From positions 1 through 64,000 of IMG/VR virus record IMGVR_UViG_3300032224_001676: a stretch of DNA of 64,000 nucleotides; one strand, 5' to 3'. Below are positions 26,402 to 36,766 of this stretch, piece by piece. Numbering within the stretch: the first letter of the stretch is position 1; each line of letters starts with the position of its first letter. The notes under the pieces are model-generated. The model had not been told where the DNA came from. It ran no database searches and worked only from the letters and a program-made list of their open reading frames with translations. The DNA is from a virus. The translations under genes were made by a program, and so were the position numbers.

Positions 26402-27401
26402 CTTGTAATCCTTTATTAATTAAATCTGTTAAATATTGAACTGAGTCATTTAAAAACATACCTGAGTTAAATTCAGGTCCTTCGTATTTGTCAAGAGGAT
26501 ATTGTTTATCTGTAAATTGAGGTATCACACAAAGTAATTTATTGCAATGTTCTGTTGTAAACCCATCTAAAAACTCAGAATGGTAAGTAAATGGCAACTC
26601 TGTTTTAGCTATCATATCCTCATGAAATTTTTCTCCAGGTCGCATACCTATTACATTATATTTAATGTCTTTGTTAGTTATGTTAGACAAAGATTTAATA
26701 ATGGTTTCCATATCAAATGAATCAAAATATGGGATAAATACTTCTCCACCTATGCTATTAAGTAAAGATGATAAAACTGTATTAACTGCATCTTCTAAAG
26801 TAAATAAGAATCGAGTACAATCTAATGATGTGACATTTATATCTTTTTCTTGGTTTAATAATCCCATCCATAATGGAATAAATGATCCTCTACTAGCAAT
26901 TACATTTCCATATCTTACAGAACTAAAAATAGTATGAGTAGAATTATAATCAAAATTACTAAATAATCTCTCAGCTGTGAACTTAGAAGCACCATAAACA
27001 TTAATAGGTACGCATGCTTTGTCAGTAGACACTAATATACATTTATCTACCATTGCTTCCATAGATGCATTAGCTACGTTTATAGAACCTTGTATGTTTG
27101 TTTTAACACACTCTTCAGGGTAGTATTCCATATCATCTATTCGCTTCAAAGCAGCGGTGTGTATAACATAATTAGGTTTATGTTTTTTCATAGTTTTCAC
27201 TAGTTGTTCATAATCCCTAACATCACCTATCACTTTAATAATAGATTTATCTTGTCCAAAATATAAAGCTTGTTTACCTTCATCTCTACTATAAACAATA
27301 ATCTTACAATCATATTGTTTAAGTCGTTGAATAATAGCTCTACCTAATGAACCTGTTCCTCCAGTTATGAGGATTGTTTTTTTGTCAAAATTTAATCTCA
27401 T
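26391..27401 (-). CDS. pseB: UDP-GlcNAc 4,6-dehydratase (PseB/FlaA1-like)
   Basis: ITGGTGSLG, SRDEGKQ, HTAALK, STDKA, YGASK, VRYGNVIASRGS, GMRPGEKFHE. Confidence 0.88.
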   Translation of the reverse strand: MRLNFDKKTILITGGTGSLGRAIIQRLKQYDCKIIVYSRDEGKQALYFGQDKSIIKVIGDVRDYEQLVKTMKKHKPNYVIHTAALKRIDDMEYYPEECVKTNIQGSINVANASMEAMVDKCILVSTDKACVPINVYGASKFTAERLFSNFDYNSTHTIFSSVRYGNVIASRGSFIPLWMGLLNQEKDINVTSLDCTRFLFTLEDAVNTVLSSLLNSIGGEVFIPYFDSFDMETIIKSLSNITNKDIKYNVIGMRPGEKFHEDMIAKTELPFTYHSEFLDGFTTEHCNKLLCVIPQFTDKQYPLDKYEGPEFNSGMFLNDSVQYLTDLINKGLQDAN

Positions 27402-28546
27402 TAATTATATAAATTTAATAAATGTTTCACTACACGTTTAGATGCTCTCCCATCATTAAAATTATCATAATATTTTAATAAAGAAGTGTTATCATAATGA
27501 TATAAAGATAAGTCACCTTTATATGATTTCAAAGTATTTTTAAAATTTTCTATGAAAAAGTTATATCTTTCTTTAAATTCTTCTACTCTATGTTCTCCTA
27601 TTTTATCCATAAATTCATCCCAAGAACTAACATTCATTAATGGTGCCCAGAAATTATATTCATTGCCTTTAAAATTATTAAATTCCATATCTGATAGTAC
27701 TCCGCTATTGTCAGAGATATAAAATATAGATTTATTAAAATATAAAGGGTAATACATCACTGATGTTATTATTCCTATATGTATGTCCCCAAGTTTAGCA
27801 AAAGCATACATTTCTCCTTCATCACCTATAACTCTAAATGAAGGAGACGCGACTAAACATTTATCTTTAAATTCACTTGAATAATCTGTAAATTCTTTAG
27901 GGTGAGGTTTATAGAATAAATGATGAGTATCTTTGTAGATAGATTCTATTTCTTTAGATACCTCTATAATATTTGGTCTAATATTATCTTCCATTGAACC
28001 ATATAATACTATCACAGGTTTAGTTATATTATATTTTTGTTCTATGTCTTTAGTAGATATATTTTTTAAATTATCAAACTTTGGAATTCCTACTATTTGA
28101 GATTTATTTTTAATCCACCCTGCTTTAATTTTAGTTTCATAAGTCCAATAACTATGATCAAAGAACATATCAATCATATTAGTTGGGAACTTCATTCTAC
28201 TTAAAATCTCTAATCGAGTTTTTATATTATTATAAAGCCAAGACGAATTTTCTAAATTGCAAACTATAGTCCCAACTTGTTTAAATTCTACTATCAAATT
28301 TGTTTCTGGGTACCATGCCTCTCTAGTAATTAATAATACATCTGGTTTGAATGGCAATGTAAAACCTATAGATTTAGATTCAAAATTAGGGTATTTAGAA
28401 TAATCAATATTGGATTCAAATGTTAGTTCTCCGTTTATAGGGTAGATAAATAAATAATTACATTCGCATTGAGATAATTCATTAACTATGTTTCTAACTT
28501 CATTATAACCCCTATTATCCGAGGCAAATACTAAAATTTTCTTCAT
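27401..28546 (-). CDS. GT-B fold transferase (CDP-glycerol/sialyltransferase-like)
   Basis: VGIPKFD, YKPHPKE, ITSVMY, DGRASKRV. Confidence 0.6.
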   Translation of the reverse strand: MKKILVFASDNRGYNEVRNIVNELSQCECNYLFIYPINGELTFESNIDYSKYPNFESKSIGFTLPFKPDVLLITREAWYPETNLIVEFKQVGTIVCNLENSSWLYNNIKTRLEILSRMKFPTNMIDMFFDHSYWTYETKIKAGWIKNKSQIVGIPKFDNLKNISTKDIEQKYNITKPVIVLYGSMEDNIRPNIIEVSKEIESIYKDTHHLFYKPHPKEFTDYSSEFKDKCLVASPSFRVIGDEGEMYAFAKLGDIHIGIITSVMYYPLYFNKSIFYISDNSGVLSDMEFNNFKGNEYNFWAPLMNVSSWDEFMDKIGEHRVEEFKERYNFFIENFKNTLKSYKGDLSLYHYDNTSLLKYYDNFNDGRASKRVVKHLLNLYN

Positions 28547-28547
28547 G

Positions 28548-29396
28548 TTAGAATTTTTTAATCATACCATATTCATCAAACATAGGCATTTTTCCCCATT
28601 TTGTTACCCACTTAATAGAATTAGAAACCTCAGCTTCTTTTTGACGTTGAGATGATTTACCATCATTTTCTTCTAATCGATGGCTACCTCTAGCTCCAAA
28701 ATGCCATACAACAGACTTAGTAGGCATTACAAATCTTACATCATGTTGTAACATTCTAAGGAATAAATCCATGTCATCCCAACTGGCAGGAGCAAAAATT
28801 GGGTCATTGCCTCCAACTTCATCCCATACTGATTTTTTAACTAATCCACTTACACCTTCACCTTTAGGAATTTCTAAATTATTTAAATCACTAAACTCTT
28901 TAGAAAATTGTTCTAGTTTTTTACTATCAAAATTATGATAATAACCTCCAAATATTTCAGGATTAACTAATAATGTTCCCCATCTATCAGGAGAATTAAA
29001 CATATTAGGTTCAATTCTAAAACTATTTACCCATAGTTTCTCATTAGGATATTTTTGATGAACATTATATAAAGCTAAATCCCAATCTTTAGTAACATAA
29101 AAATCTGAGTGTAGGAAATTTATATACTCAGTTTGAACATGGTCAGCACATATGTTCATTCCTCCTCCAATTCCTCTAACTGTAGTGTTATTAGGCTCGG
29201 TAATTAAAGTTAGGTTGTATTCGTCTTTAACTTGTTCTAACCACTCATTTGTCCCATCAGTACAGTTCTCAGCATGAATTATAAAGGGAGCGTCTTTAAA
29301 ATGGCTATTTACTCTAACTGACTCTACTGCTATTTTAAGATAATTAAGATTATTATATGTAGAGATACAAAAAGTTAAAGGATTAGAGTGTGTCAT
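28548..29396 (-). CDS. GT2-family glycosyltransferase
   Basis: Start placed at MTHSNPLTFCIS; HSDF, GGND, WDDMD, VWH; paralog of 18592. Confidence 0.85.
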   Translation of the reverse strand: MTHSNPLTFCISTYNNLNYLKIAVESVRVNSHFKDAPFIIHAENCTDGTNEWLEQVKDEYNLTLITEPNNTTVRGIGGGMNICADHVQTEYINFLHSDFYVTKDWDLALYNVHQKYPNEKLWVNSFRIEPNMFNSPDRWGTLLVNPEIFGGYYHNFDSKKLEQFSKEFSDLNNLEIPKGEGVSGLVKKSVWDEVGGNDPIFAPASWDDMDLFLRMLQHDVRFVMPTKSVVWHFGARGSHRLEENDGKSSQRQKEAEVSNSIKWVTKWGKMPMFDEYGMIKKF

Positions 29397-30012
29397 AATA
29401 ATCGTTTTGTTTTTCTTGTCGTTCAATTGTTTTGATATGGTATAAAGCCCATTCCTCTTCCATAGGTAGATACGCATATTCTTTTTCTCCATCTAATCTT
29501 TCATGAACCTTATTTTTCCATTTAATCTCAGGAGTGTTTTTATAAATTCGTGTTTGCATATCAGGCCAGTTAACCCATCCTTTTTCATTTACATTCCATC
29601 TCCATTTTTGAATATGCTCTTGAGTTAAACCCTCTACTATGTTTACTCTAGGTACAGCATACAAATCAACTGTTGGGTTATATCCTAATACTGCTGGTAG
29701 ATTTTCTATAAATTCAGTATGTGGATACTCATCTGCATCTATCTGAAATACATAATCGCCGGAGCAGTATGATGTTAGTTTATTCTTCCAATCAGCAAAA
29801 TGTCCTTCGAACTCTCCCGGCCATACTACCATGTGATCCATGTTATGCATCTCGTAGTGGCGTAGTGTTGATATTAACTCGTCGTTAGGCTTTGTTGTAT
29901 CAACTAACACAACAATCTCATCCTGCTCTCGCTTATGCTTAAGAAGAAGGTCAAGCAAACGCCTAACCTCTTCTAACTCATTGCATACTGTAATTGCGTA
30001 ACTAATTTTCAT
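29383..30012 (-). CDS. GT2-family glycosyltransferase
   Basis: ISYAITVCNE, QIDADE, VPRVN, WPD, VHE. Confidence 0.85.
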   Translation of the reverse strand: MKISYAITVCNELEEVRRLLDLLLKHKREQDEIVVLVDTTKPNDELISTLRHYEMHNMDHMVVWPGEFEGHFADWKNKLTSYCSGDYVFQIDADEYPHTEFIENLPAVLGYNPTVDLYAVPRVNIVEGLTQEHIQKWRWNVNEKGWVNWPDMQTRIYKNTPEIKWKNKVHERLDGEKEYAYLPMEEEWALYHIKTIERQEKQNDYYDTL

Positions 30013-30028
30013 ATAACCTAATATAATA

Positions 30029-30487
30029 TTACTTTGCTAATAAGCCAATATAATCTATAGCTTCTATAAAATCTCTTTCTTCAAAATGTTGAAGTGTATC
30101 CATATCCATTCTATATTCATAAAATTTCCCTGGTTGTTTTGGGATTGGAAATTTATGTTTTTCTTCTTCAGTTACAGGAACTGCTTTTACAGCTGCCCAC
30201 ATCCAATTATCAGCACTAGTACCATTTGCAAATATCATACCTTGAGTAGGTTGATTAATGGTTTGTGGTAACCAAATTAATTTTGTTTCTGGGTCTTCCC
30301 AAGCTAGTTCTTTGTACAACTCAGGCAATATCTCCATTTGCTCATTATAAAAATCACTATTTTTAGTCATTAATGAGTTAGTCCAATACCCACAAGACAA
30401 AGACATCCAGTTTGTTATATCAGGAGTAACTTGTGTTTCATAACATAAGTCTCCTCCTGATTTAGGGCAATTTATAATTTTATCCAT
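30029..30487 (-). CDS. hypothetical protein with Cys pairs
   Basis: ORF track. Confidence 0.7.
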   Translation of the reverse strand: MDKIINCPKSGGDLCYETQVTPDITNWMSLSCGYWTNSLMTKNSDFYNEQMEILPELYKELAWEDPETKLIWLPQTINQPTQGMIFANGTSADNWMWAAVKAVPVTEEEKHKFPIPKQPGKFYEYRMDMDTLQHFEERDFIEAIDYIGLLAK

Positions 30488-31784
30488 TAGTTTGTAATTT
30501 AGGTAGTTCTATCTTTTTTAGTTGAGGTAATTTTAACTCTGCTTGTTTTGGAAAATCAGGTATATTTTTAGTTAAAATTTCATCTAATTTGTCTTTCATT
30601 TTATCCCAACTAAATTCATTTTTATTTTTGTATGCTTGGCGTTTAGCACCATCAACATAATTTTTATAGTTTTCAAATATATCTTTAACTCGAGCTCCCA
30701 TTTGACCTTGTTCTACTGAGAACCAATTTGCTTCTTTTAGCAGCATATGGTTAGCAGCACTTGGATGAACTTGAGTTAAAGTACCTGGTAACATTGTAGT
30801 GAATTCTGGGTTTAAGAAATCTGTATGTCCGCTCCAATTAGTTGTTATAATTGGTTTTTTAGTTAAGCTAAATTCAAGTAATGGTCTTCCAAATCCTTCA
30901 CCTTTAGTTAGATTAATCATTGTTTTTATTTTATTATGATTATATAACTCATTCATTTCACTATCACTAAATTCTCCATGTAAAACATAAATGTTAGGTA
31001 AGTCTGTTGAATTAACTGTTTTTTTAATAGCTGTTATTCTTTTTAAAATCTCATCTCGATCCATATAAGATGATCCTACTTGACAAGTTTTTAAGATTAA
31101 TGCTGGTTTATTTTTCTTGTTTTTAAATATCTCATAAAACGCTTTAATTAGTAAACCTACATTTTTTCTATCTTCACCTAAGTCACCATTAATCCAGTGA
31201 CCAACAAACAAATAAGCAAATGATTCTGGGATGTTAGTTATTTCTGGGAATGAATCTACTCTTTGTTCTTCAAGATATTTGTAAATGTCTGTATTAGCAC
31301 CTTCGAATAATACCTCAATTGGTTTTTGTATTTTAATTTCTTCAATTGGTTGATTAGTTCTTTGATCTACTTTTTGTATAATAGTTTCAAGGAATGTTTT
31401 TTTCGAATGATTAGATGATACTAAAGTTAAATCCATTCTATTAATACCTTCAATCCAATCTCCGGGAGATATAGTTGTTTCAATACCTGCTGTTACTCCA
31501 ATGTTATATTTTCCAATTGGTTGGAATTCATTTGGTACTGTAATCTGCATCCAGATTTCAGGTTGTTTAGGTAATTGAGGTTGATCTAAAATATGATTAT
31601 TTAAGAATGTCCATTCTGGATTTTCCTCAATAAATCCCCAAGGTGTCTCTCCCCAACGTTGTGGGAGAATTTTAACATCATACTTATCAGTAGCTATAAT
31701 AGCTTTAACTAAATCTCTACTACGCGCTCCATATCCTGCATAGCAGTCTATAGGACAAGATATTATAAATAACGGTTTGTTCAT
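30480..31784 (-). CDS. GT4-like glycosyltransferase
   Basis: GYGARSRD, DRKN, KGEGFGRPLLE, TNWSGH. Confidence 0.85.
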   Translation of the reverse strand: MNKPLFIISCPIDCYAGYGARSRDLVKAIIATDKYDVKILPQRWGETPWGFIEENPEWTFLNNHILDQPQLPKQPEIWMQITVPNEFQPIGKYNIGVTAGIETTISPGDWIEGINRMDLTLVSSNHSKKTFLETIIQKVDQRTNQPIEEIKIQKPIEVLFEGANTDIYKYLEEQRVDSFPEITNIPESFAYLFVGHWINGDLGEDRKNVGLLIKAFYEIFKNKKNKPALILKTCQVGSSYMDRDEILKRITAIKKTVNSTDLPNIYVLHGEFSDSEMNELYNHNKIKTMINLTKGEGFGRPLLEFSLTKKPIITTNWSGHTDFLNPEFTTMLPGTLTQVHPSAANHMLLKEANWFSVEQGQMGARVKDIFENYKNYVDGAKRQAYKNKNEFSWDKMKDKLDEILTKNIPDFPKQAELKLPQLKKIELPKLQTNG

Positions 31785-31786
31785 GA

Positions 31787-33229
31787 TTAATATAACAATT
31801 TATGATTAGCAACTTTTTCTTTATATTCATTAGCATTTACAAATTCATATTTTTCTCTTGGTTTCCAAGTTGAAAATAATTCATCTAATGCTTCAATAAC
31901 TCTAGCACCCATTCTTTCACCTGTGAATCCTGCTTCCTCACTTAGAGCCCATTCACGACCTTTTAATCCTAATGCTTTTCTTTTTTCTTTACCTAAATTA
32001 TAGACATTCATGATTTGTTCAGCTGCGTCTTCAGAGTTGCACCTGTCATCCCAAATGTAAGGTGTTGGGATAGAACCTTGAATTGATCTGTTAGTTGGGT
32101 ATACTGGAAACGCCCATTCACCATGTTCTTTAATAGTACCATTATGGTTTGAAGGAAAATCAGCGTCAAAATCAATCCATTTTCCTTTTTTACTAAAGCG
32201 CATTTGATCTTGCATTCCACCTGTCACATTAGCTATAATTGGATTTCCTACTAATATAGCCTCAGTTAAACTTAATCCCCATCCTTCATTAGATGTTAAT
32301 AAGATTTGAGCATCAGTACAATTGTATAACCAATTCATACGATCTGGGTCCATTCTTTGTTCTGAGAAAAATATATTGTATTGTTCTCCTGTTAAGAATA
32401 ATTCTCGAACAGCTTCTAAGTCAGTACCATTATCATCCATAACATTAGTATGTAATACAAAAGCACATTTTTTAGCTTGTTCAATAGGTAATTGATCAAT
32501 AAAGTATCTGTATGCTAATAATGTATCAGGTATTTGTTTTCTTCTAATGTTTCTAGAGTTAAAGAATAAAACAAAATCAAATTCTTTACCTTTAAATAAT
32601 TGTTTTTTAAAATCTAAAAACTCTTTATATTGAGGATAAGATTCATCAATAGGTTTAAAAATATCATGGTTCAAACCATGGGGTACATATTTAAGTATTT
32701 TATCACCTACTTTATCATCTAATACTAATTCATTAATGTTTTTAGTTTGTTTAGAAATAGCTAATAATGCATCGCATGATTCATAAAATGCTTTATTATA
32801 GTGAGGAGCAGGATAATCATCCCAAATGTTTAGATATACAATTGGTATTTTTCTTCTAATCTCATTTTCAATTTGAAACAACCAAGCAAAATATCTTGGA
32901 TCAGTGATCAAGAAAATAGCGTCTGGTTTTTCTAATTTAATAAGAGCACGAATAAGATTAGTATCACCGTATCCATTAGTTGGATATAATACAACTGAGG
33001 CATCTTCTAAGCCTGTGTTTGTATTAGTGTCTTGAGATAAATCTAATCGTTTACCTTGTTCTGGGTGGTTAATGGCTCCACCTATGTTTACCCAATTAAA
33101 ATGTTGAACAGTATTAAGTACCATTTCTCTAGCTACTGTAGCTACTCCTGAATGTACTCTAAGGTCGTCACAAATTAATAAGATTTTTTTCCTCTCATTT
33201 TGAGGCAAGTAAGCAAAACTTGAATTCAT
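31787..33229 (-). CDS. GT4-like glycosyltransferase
   Basis: SGVATVA, VPHG, RNIRRKQ, SNEGWGLSLTEA, GGMQDQ. Confidence 0.88.
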   Translation of the reverse strand: MNSSFAYLPQNERKKILLICDDLRVHSGVATVAREMVLNTVQHFNWVNIGGAINHPEQGKRLDLSQDTNTNTGLEDASVVLYPTNGYGDTNLIRALIKLEKPDAIFLITDPRYFAWLFQIENEIRRKIPIVYLNIWDDYPAPHYNKAFYESCDALLAISKQTKNINELVLDDKVGDKILKYVPHGLNHDIFKPIDESYPQYKEFLDFKKQLFKGKEFDFVLFFNSRNIRRKQIPDTLLAYRYFIDQLPIEQAKKCAFVLHTNVMDDNGTDLEAVRELFLTGEQYNIFFSEQRMDPDRMNWLYNCTDAQILLTSNEGWGLSLTEAILVGNPIIANVTGGMQDQMRFSKKGKWIDFDADFPSNHNGTIKEHGEWAFPVYPTNRSIQGSIPTPYIWDDRCNSEDAAEQIMNVYNLGKEKRKALGLKGREWALSEEAGFTGERMGARVIEALDELFSTWKPREKYEFVNANEYKEKVANHKLLY

Positions 33230-33257
33230 ATTATAGATTTTATTTTAATATAACAAT

Positions 33258-33455
33258 TTATTCTGACTTATCCAAATTTAAATTTAAATGGTTGTGAACT
33301 TTTTTACGAAAGTCTTCATCAGTAAGATATAAATGGATAGTTCGATCTGCTAGTTTTTGAAAACTAAATTTTCTTTTAACGCATTCTATTCTAAATTCTT
33401 CAAATAGATCGCTTTGGATTTTAACACTAGTTAGTGTCATATCTTTTTTACTCAT
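33258..33455 (-). CDS. ribbon-helix-helix-like small DNA-binding protein
   Basis: LTSVKI strand followed by two helices. Confidence 0.6.
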   Translation of the reverse strand: MSKKDMTLTSVKIQSDLFEEFRIECVKRKFSFQKLADRTIHLYLTDEDFRKKVHNHLNLNLDKSE

Positions 33456-33503
33456 AGCTTTTATTTTTATGTCCTATATAAATATATACAGATTCAAAAA
33501 TAA

Positions 33504-34439
33504 TTACTTTGAGCATAAATCTGCTTTATCGTTAAACGGACAATACTTACAATTATCACTTGGAGTGATAGGATGAGTGGTGTTTTTATATTCTCCTGTT
33601 AATGTAAAACATTCTTCTATAAATTTAGTCATTGAATCAACTGCTTTCTTAGTTTTAATTTTACCACTAGCAGGAGTAAATATTTGGATTCTACTTTGAG
33701 GGAATTCACTCTCTTCCCATATTTTTCTTTTTAATATAAAAAACTCTACTTCAATATTGTCTTCAGGGATACCAAATTGTTTACTATAATAATGTTTATA
33801 GAATATAATTTGGAATTGTTTGTCCTCATCTTTTTTAGCTTTATCATTCCAACCCCGTGTAGATGTTTTAAAATCGTATATTTTTAATATATTTTCATCT
33901 TGATTATACATTACCAAGTCAATATAACCTTTCAATATAATGTTTTTATAACGCTCATCTGGGCGTATAGACAATGGTAGTTCACATCCTACTAAATGCC
34001 AACTTTTCTTACTAAAATGCCCACCTTTTTTCTTTTTAAAGAAATTTAAGATATTCATTCCATCATCAAAAAACTCTCTCATTTCTGTAGGAGCACTAAA
34101 ATGAGTAGATTTATTAGCTTTATATTCTTTTAAGTATGTTTCTCTAAAAGCGTTTTCAAAATACTCCTCTATATCAATACGATCAGCAGCCGCGGCACTT
34201 TCTTCATACATTACTGTTAAATAATTTTGAAGTGTCTCATGTATGGCTGTTCCGAACACAGTATGGATTGTAGGAGTATAAACTTGAAGTCCATCTTTAT
34301 ACATCAACTCCCATTTGTGGGGACATTGTTTCCAAATAGCATATTGGGAATAAGAAATGGATTTTTGATAAGAATAATCTATTTCCAAAGGAGTAAATTG
34401 TCTTATCTCTTTAATTATTTGCGGAACCTTTTTAGTCAA
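33504..34439 (-). CDS. PD-(D/E)XK nuclease, Cas4/RecB-like
   Basis: SYSQ..W.QCP, FGTAIH, GYIDL, IYDFKT, Q..FY, CKYCPF...C. Confidence 0.85.
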   Translation of the reverse strand: MTKKVPQIIKEIRQFTPLEIDYSYQKSISYSQYAIWKQCPHKWELMYKDGLQVYTPTIHTVFGTAIHETLQNYLTVMYEESAAAADRIDIEEYFENAFRETYLKEYKANKSTHFSAPTEMREFFDDGMNILNFFKKKKGGHFSKKSWHLVGCELPLSIRPDERYKNIILKGYIDLVMYNQDENILKIYDFKTSTRGWNDKAKKDEDKQFQIIFYKHYYSKQFGIPEDNIEVEFFILKRKIWEESEFPQSRIQIFTPASGKIKTKKAVDSMTKFIEECFTLTGEYKNTTHPITPSDNCKYCPFNDKADLCSK

Positions 34440-34442
34440 AAC

Positions 34443-34697
34443 TTATTTTTTATACTTGTTACGAATAGCTTCTCCTAACTCAGCATTGTTAGGATACTTT
34501 TGAATTATTTTTTGAATCTCAGGAATGATAGACATTTCTTTTTTAACATACTGAGCTGCGTCTAACAATTCTTCATATAAATGATTCATGTAATCATCTT
34601 TATTGTTTTGATCTAAAGTGGTATTGTATTTTTTTATACCACGCTCACTTCTAGATTTAAGATCTTCAATAACTGCTTCTGTAATTTTGTCCTTCAT
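34443..34697 (-). CDS. conserved phage protein, possibly all-alpha NTP-pyrophosphatase-like
   Basis: RSERGIKKY.TTL...HLYEELLDAAQY. Confidence 0.55.
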   Translation of the reverse strand: MKDKITEAVIEDLKSRSERGIKKYNTTLDQNNKDDYMNHLYEELLDAAQYVKKEMSIIPEIQKIIQKYPNNAELGEAIRNKYKK

Positions 34698-35104
34698 TTT
34701 AATAACTTTTTTTGTTCTTTGTCTTCTACACCTAATTTAGTAAGGACACTCTTTACTCCAGATTCTCTTAATATATCAATGTATTCTTCAGCTTCACCTA
34801 GTGAGCATTCAAAATAGTTAGCAACATGTTTAAGCAATGATTCTTGCTTTTTCTTTTTAGAGGATTTGATGTATTTAAGGAACATATTCTTTTTAGGTAT
34901 CATATATAAATATATATTATATATTTTCTTCTTATCAGAATATGGAAAAGTTTGCACTAAATTTACGAATTCTATATACTCAGGGTTCATACTGAGGAAG
35001 CGATGCGTCATATAAGGATTAAATGTCGCTTGTTCTTCCTCAGTAAATGATTCCCATTTTGATTTATTATAGGTAATTTCCTTTAACCAATCAAATATTG
35101 TCAT
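34694..35104 (-). CDS. clamp loader small subunit (gp62-like)
   Basis: IFDWL, FNPYMTHRFLS, YFECSLGEAEEYIDIL; next to the clamp loader ATPase. Confidence 0.7.
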   Translation of the reverse strand: MTIFDWLKEITYNKSKWESFTEEEQATFNPYMTHRFLSMNPEYIEFVNLVQTFPYSDKKKIYNIYLYMIPKKNMFLKYIKSSKKKKQESLLKHVANYFECSLGEAEEYIDILRESGVKSVLTKLGVEDKEQKKLLK

Positions 35105-35336
35105 ACTCTTCTCTAACTTCTTTAGGTAACAACTCTAACAATACTTTTCCTGTTACCACATCATAGAAACATGGAATAGGCATAATAGCGTCTTCTGTTG
35201 TACCTGCTACAAATTTAGATACTTTACGTAAAATTACTCCTTCAGCAAACACATGATTACCTTCAGGTGAAGTCATAGGAGTTGTACTCTTAATGTCAAC
35301 GTTGACATTTGGGTTTTGGGGTTGTTGTTTATTCAT
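35091..35336 (-). CDS. hypothetical protein
   Basis: ORF track. Confidence 0.7.
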   Translation of the reverse strand: MNKQQPQNPNVNVDIKSTTPMTSPEGNHVFAEGVILRKVSKFVAGTTEDAIMPIPCFYDVVTGKVLLELLPKEVREEYDNI

Positions 35337-35341
35337 TTTAT

Positions 35342-36274
35342 TTATTGATTAATTATTTTTAAAACTGAGGCTAATAAAGCCATTACATTGATTTCTTTAT
35401 CAATTCTAAAATTAGCATGGTACATATAATTTTCTATTTCAATAACAATCATTGCTTTTGCTAGATCATTATTACCATACTCATCTAAACTATCATATAG
35501 GAATCTATAAACATCTTCAAAATCATCTAAATTACTATCAGCAAGTATTTGTCTAATATTTTTAAAACTAGATTTAGTTGGAGTTTTAAGTTCCTTTAAT
35601 AAAGCATCTTTATAACCACCTGTTAATACTGTTTTGTCTATTTTAAGAAAACTATTTGCTTCTCCATGAATAGTATTTACTTGACAAGTATTAAGTATTT
35701 TTCTAACATCTGGGTAATGTTTGTTAACTACTAAAACTAGATCTTCTAATGTGTAATGAATATCCTCTTTATCTAAAATAGAAGCAATATGTTTTGCTAC
35801 TTCTTTTTTAGATGGAGGTGTAATTTTTAATACTTGGCATCGTGATTGGAGTGGATCAATAACGCGTTCAAGATAATTGCATGTCAGTATAAATCGAGTA
35901 GTGAGAGAATATGTTTCAATAATATTTCGAAGTGAAGCTTGTGCTTGTATAGTTAAGAAATCAGCTTCATCTAAAATAATAATCTTGATAGGTTTAAACG
36001 AAGCACTTGAAGCGAAACCTTGAACTTTATCTCTAATAGTATCAATACCTCTTTCATCTGACGCATTAATATAGAGATAATCGCAGTTAAAATTATTTAC
36101 AATTAATTTAGCTAATGTTGTTTTACCTGTTCCTGGTGTTCCATACAATAGTAAATTTTGTAAATCGTTTTTTTCAATATATTGGGCAACAATAGATTTT
36201 AATTGCTCATTACTAATATAGTCTTCTAATGTTTTAGATCTATATTTTTCTACAAATAAACTATTTTCTTTCAT
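35342..36274 (-). CDS. clamp loader AAA+ subunit (RFC/gp44-like)
   Basis: VEKYR, GTPGTGKTT, INASDERGID, ILDEAD, LQSRC. Confidence 0.93.
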   Translation of the reverse strand: MKENSLFVEKYRSKTLEDYISNEQLKSIVAQYIEKNDLQNLLLYGTPGTGKTTLAKLIVNNFNCDYLYINASDERGIDTIRDKVQGFASSASFKPIKIIILDEADFLTIQAQASLRNIIETYSLTTRFILTCNYLERVIDPLQSRCQVLKITPPSKKEVAKHIASILDKEDIHYTLEDLVLVVNKHYPDVRKILNTCQVNTIHGEANSFLKIDKTVLTGGYKDALLKELKTPTKSSFKNIRQILADSNLDDFEDVYRFLYDSLDEYGNNDLAKAMIVIEIENYMYHANFRIDKEINVMALLASVLKIINQ

Positions 36275-36280
36275 ATGATA

Positions 36281-36312
36281 TAAAGATAATAAAAAATGGC
36301 TCGAAGGCCAAA
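36281..36312 (-). promoter_or_regulatory. class A promoter fused with a terminator-like hairpin
   Basis: TTTGGC-CTTCGA-GCCA-TTTTTT-AT-TATCTTTA. Confidence 0.65.
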
Positions 36313-36318
36313 TTTTAT

Positions 36319-36591
36319 TTAATAATCTCCATACATGTTAAATTTCTTTGGAGGGGGAGGTGGTGGTGGTGGAGTTTTTTCAACTACTTTATGACCAATA
36401 AGATATAATTCACCCTTTATAGGTGATAATCTAAAATCATACGTTTGCCCAGTTTCTTGAAAATAACCCTCTAATGCTTCAGTTAATGAAGGATACACAT
36501 AATTAGGATCAATAAGAAGCACCCAGTTATCACCGGGTGCTTTCCTATTAGCGATCAATATTAGTTCTTCTTTAGTTTCTAGTTCTGACAT
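36319..36591 (-). CDS. hypothetical protein with poly-Pro tail
   Basis: ORF track. Confidence 0.7.
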   Translation of the reverse strand: MSELETKEELILIANRKAPGDNWVLLIDPNYVYPSLTEALEGYFQETGQTYDFRLSPIKGELYLIGHKVVEKTPPPPPPPPKKFNMYGDY

Positions 36592-36766
36592 ATTGTTCTT
36601 TTAATAATGCTACTAATCTATCTAAGCCTATGTTCATATTATAATCTTCAGTACTTAAACTAACATATATTGATTCCGAGCCTGGGATGTAATGTATGTT
36701 AGAAATTGTATAAGTCTCTAAATCTATTTCGATTGTTTTACCAATTAAGCTAACTGCGTCTAACAT
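36572..36766 (-). CDS. hypothetical protein
   Basis: ORF track. Confidence 0.65.
   Translation of the reverse strand: MLDAVSLIGKTIEIDLETYTISNIHYIPGSESIYVSLSTEDYNMNIGLDRLVALLKEQYVRTRN

Noticed and set aside
33504-34439. Cas4 as evidence of a CRISPR-Cas system
   Set aside because: Solo Cas4-like nucleases are common in phage replication modules; no array or other cas genes are present
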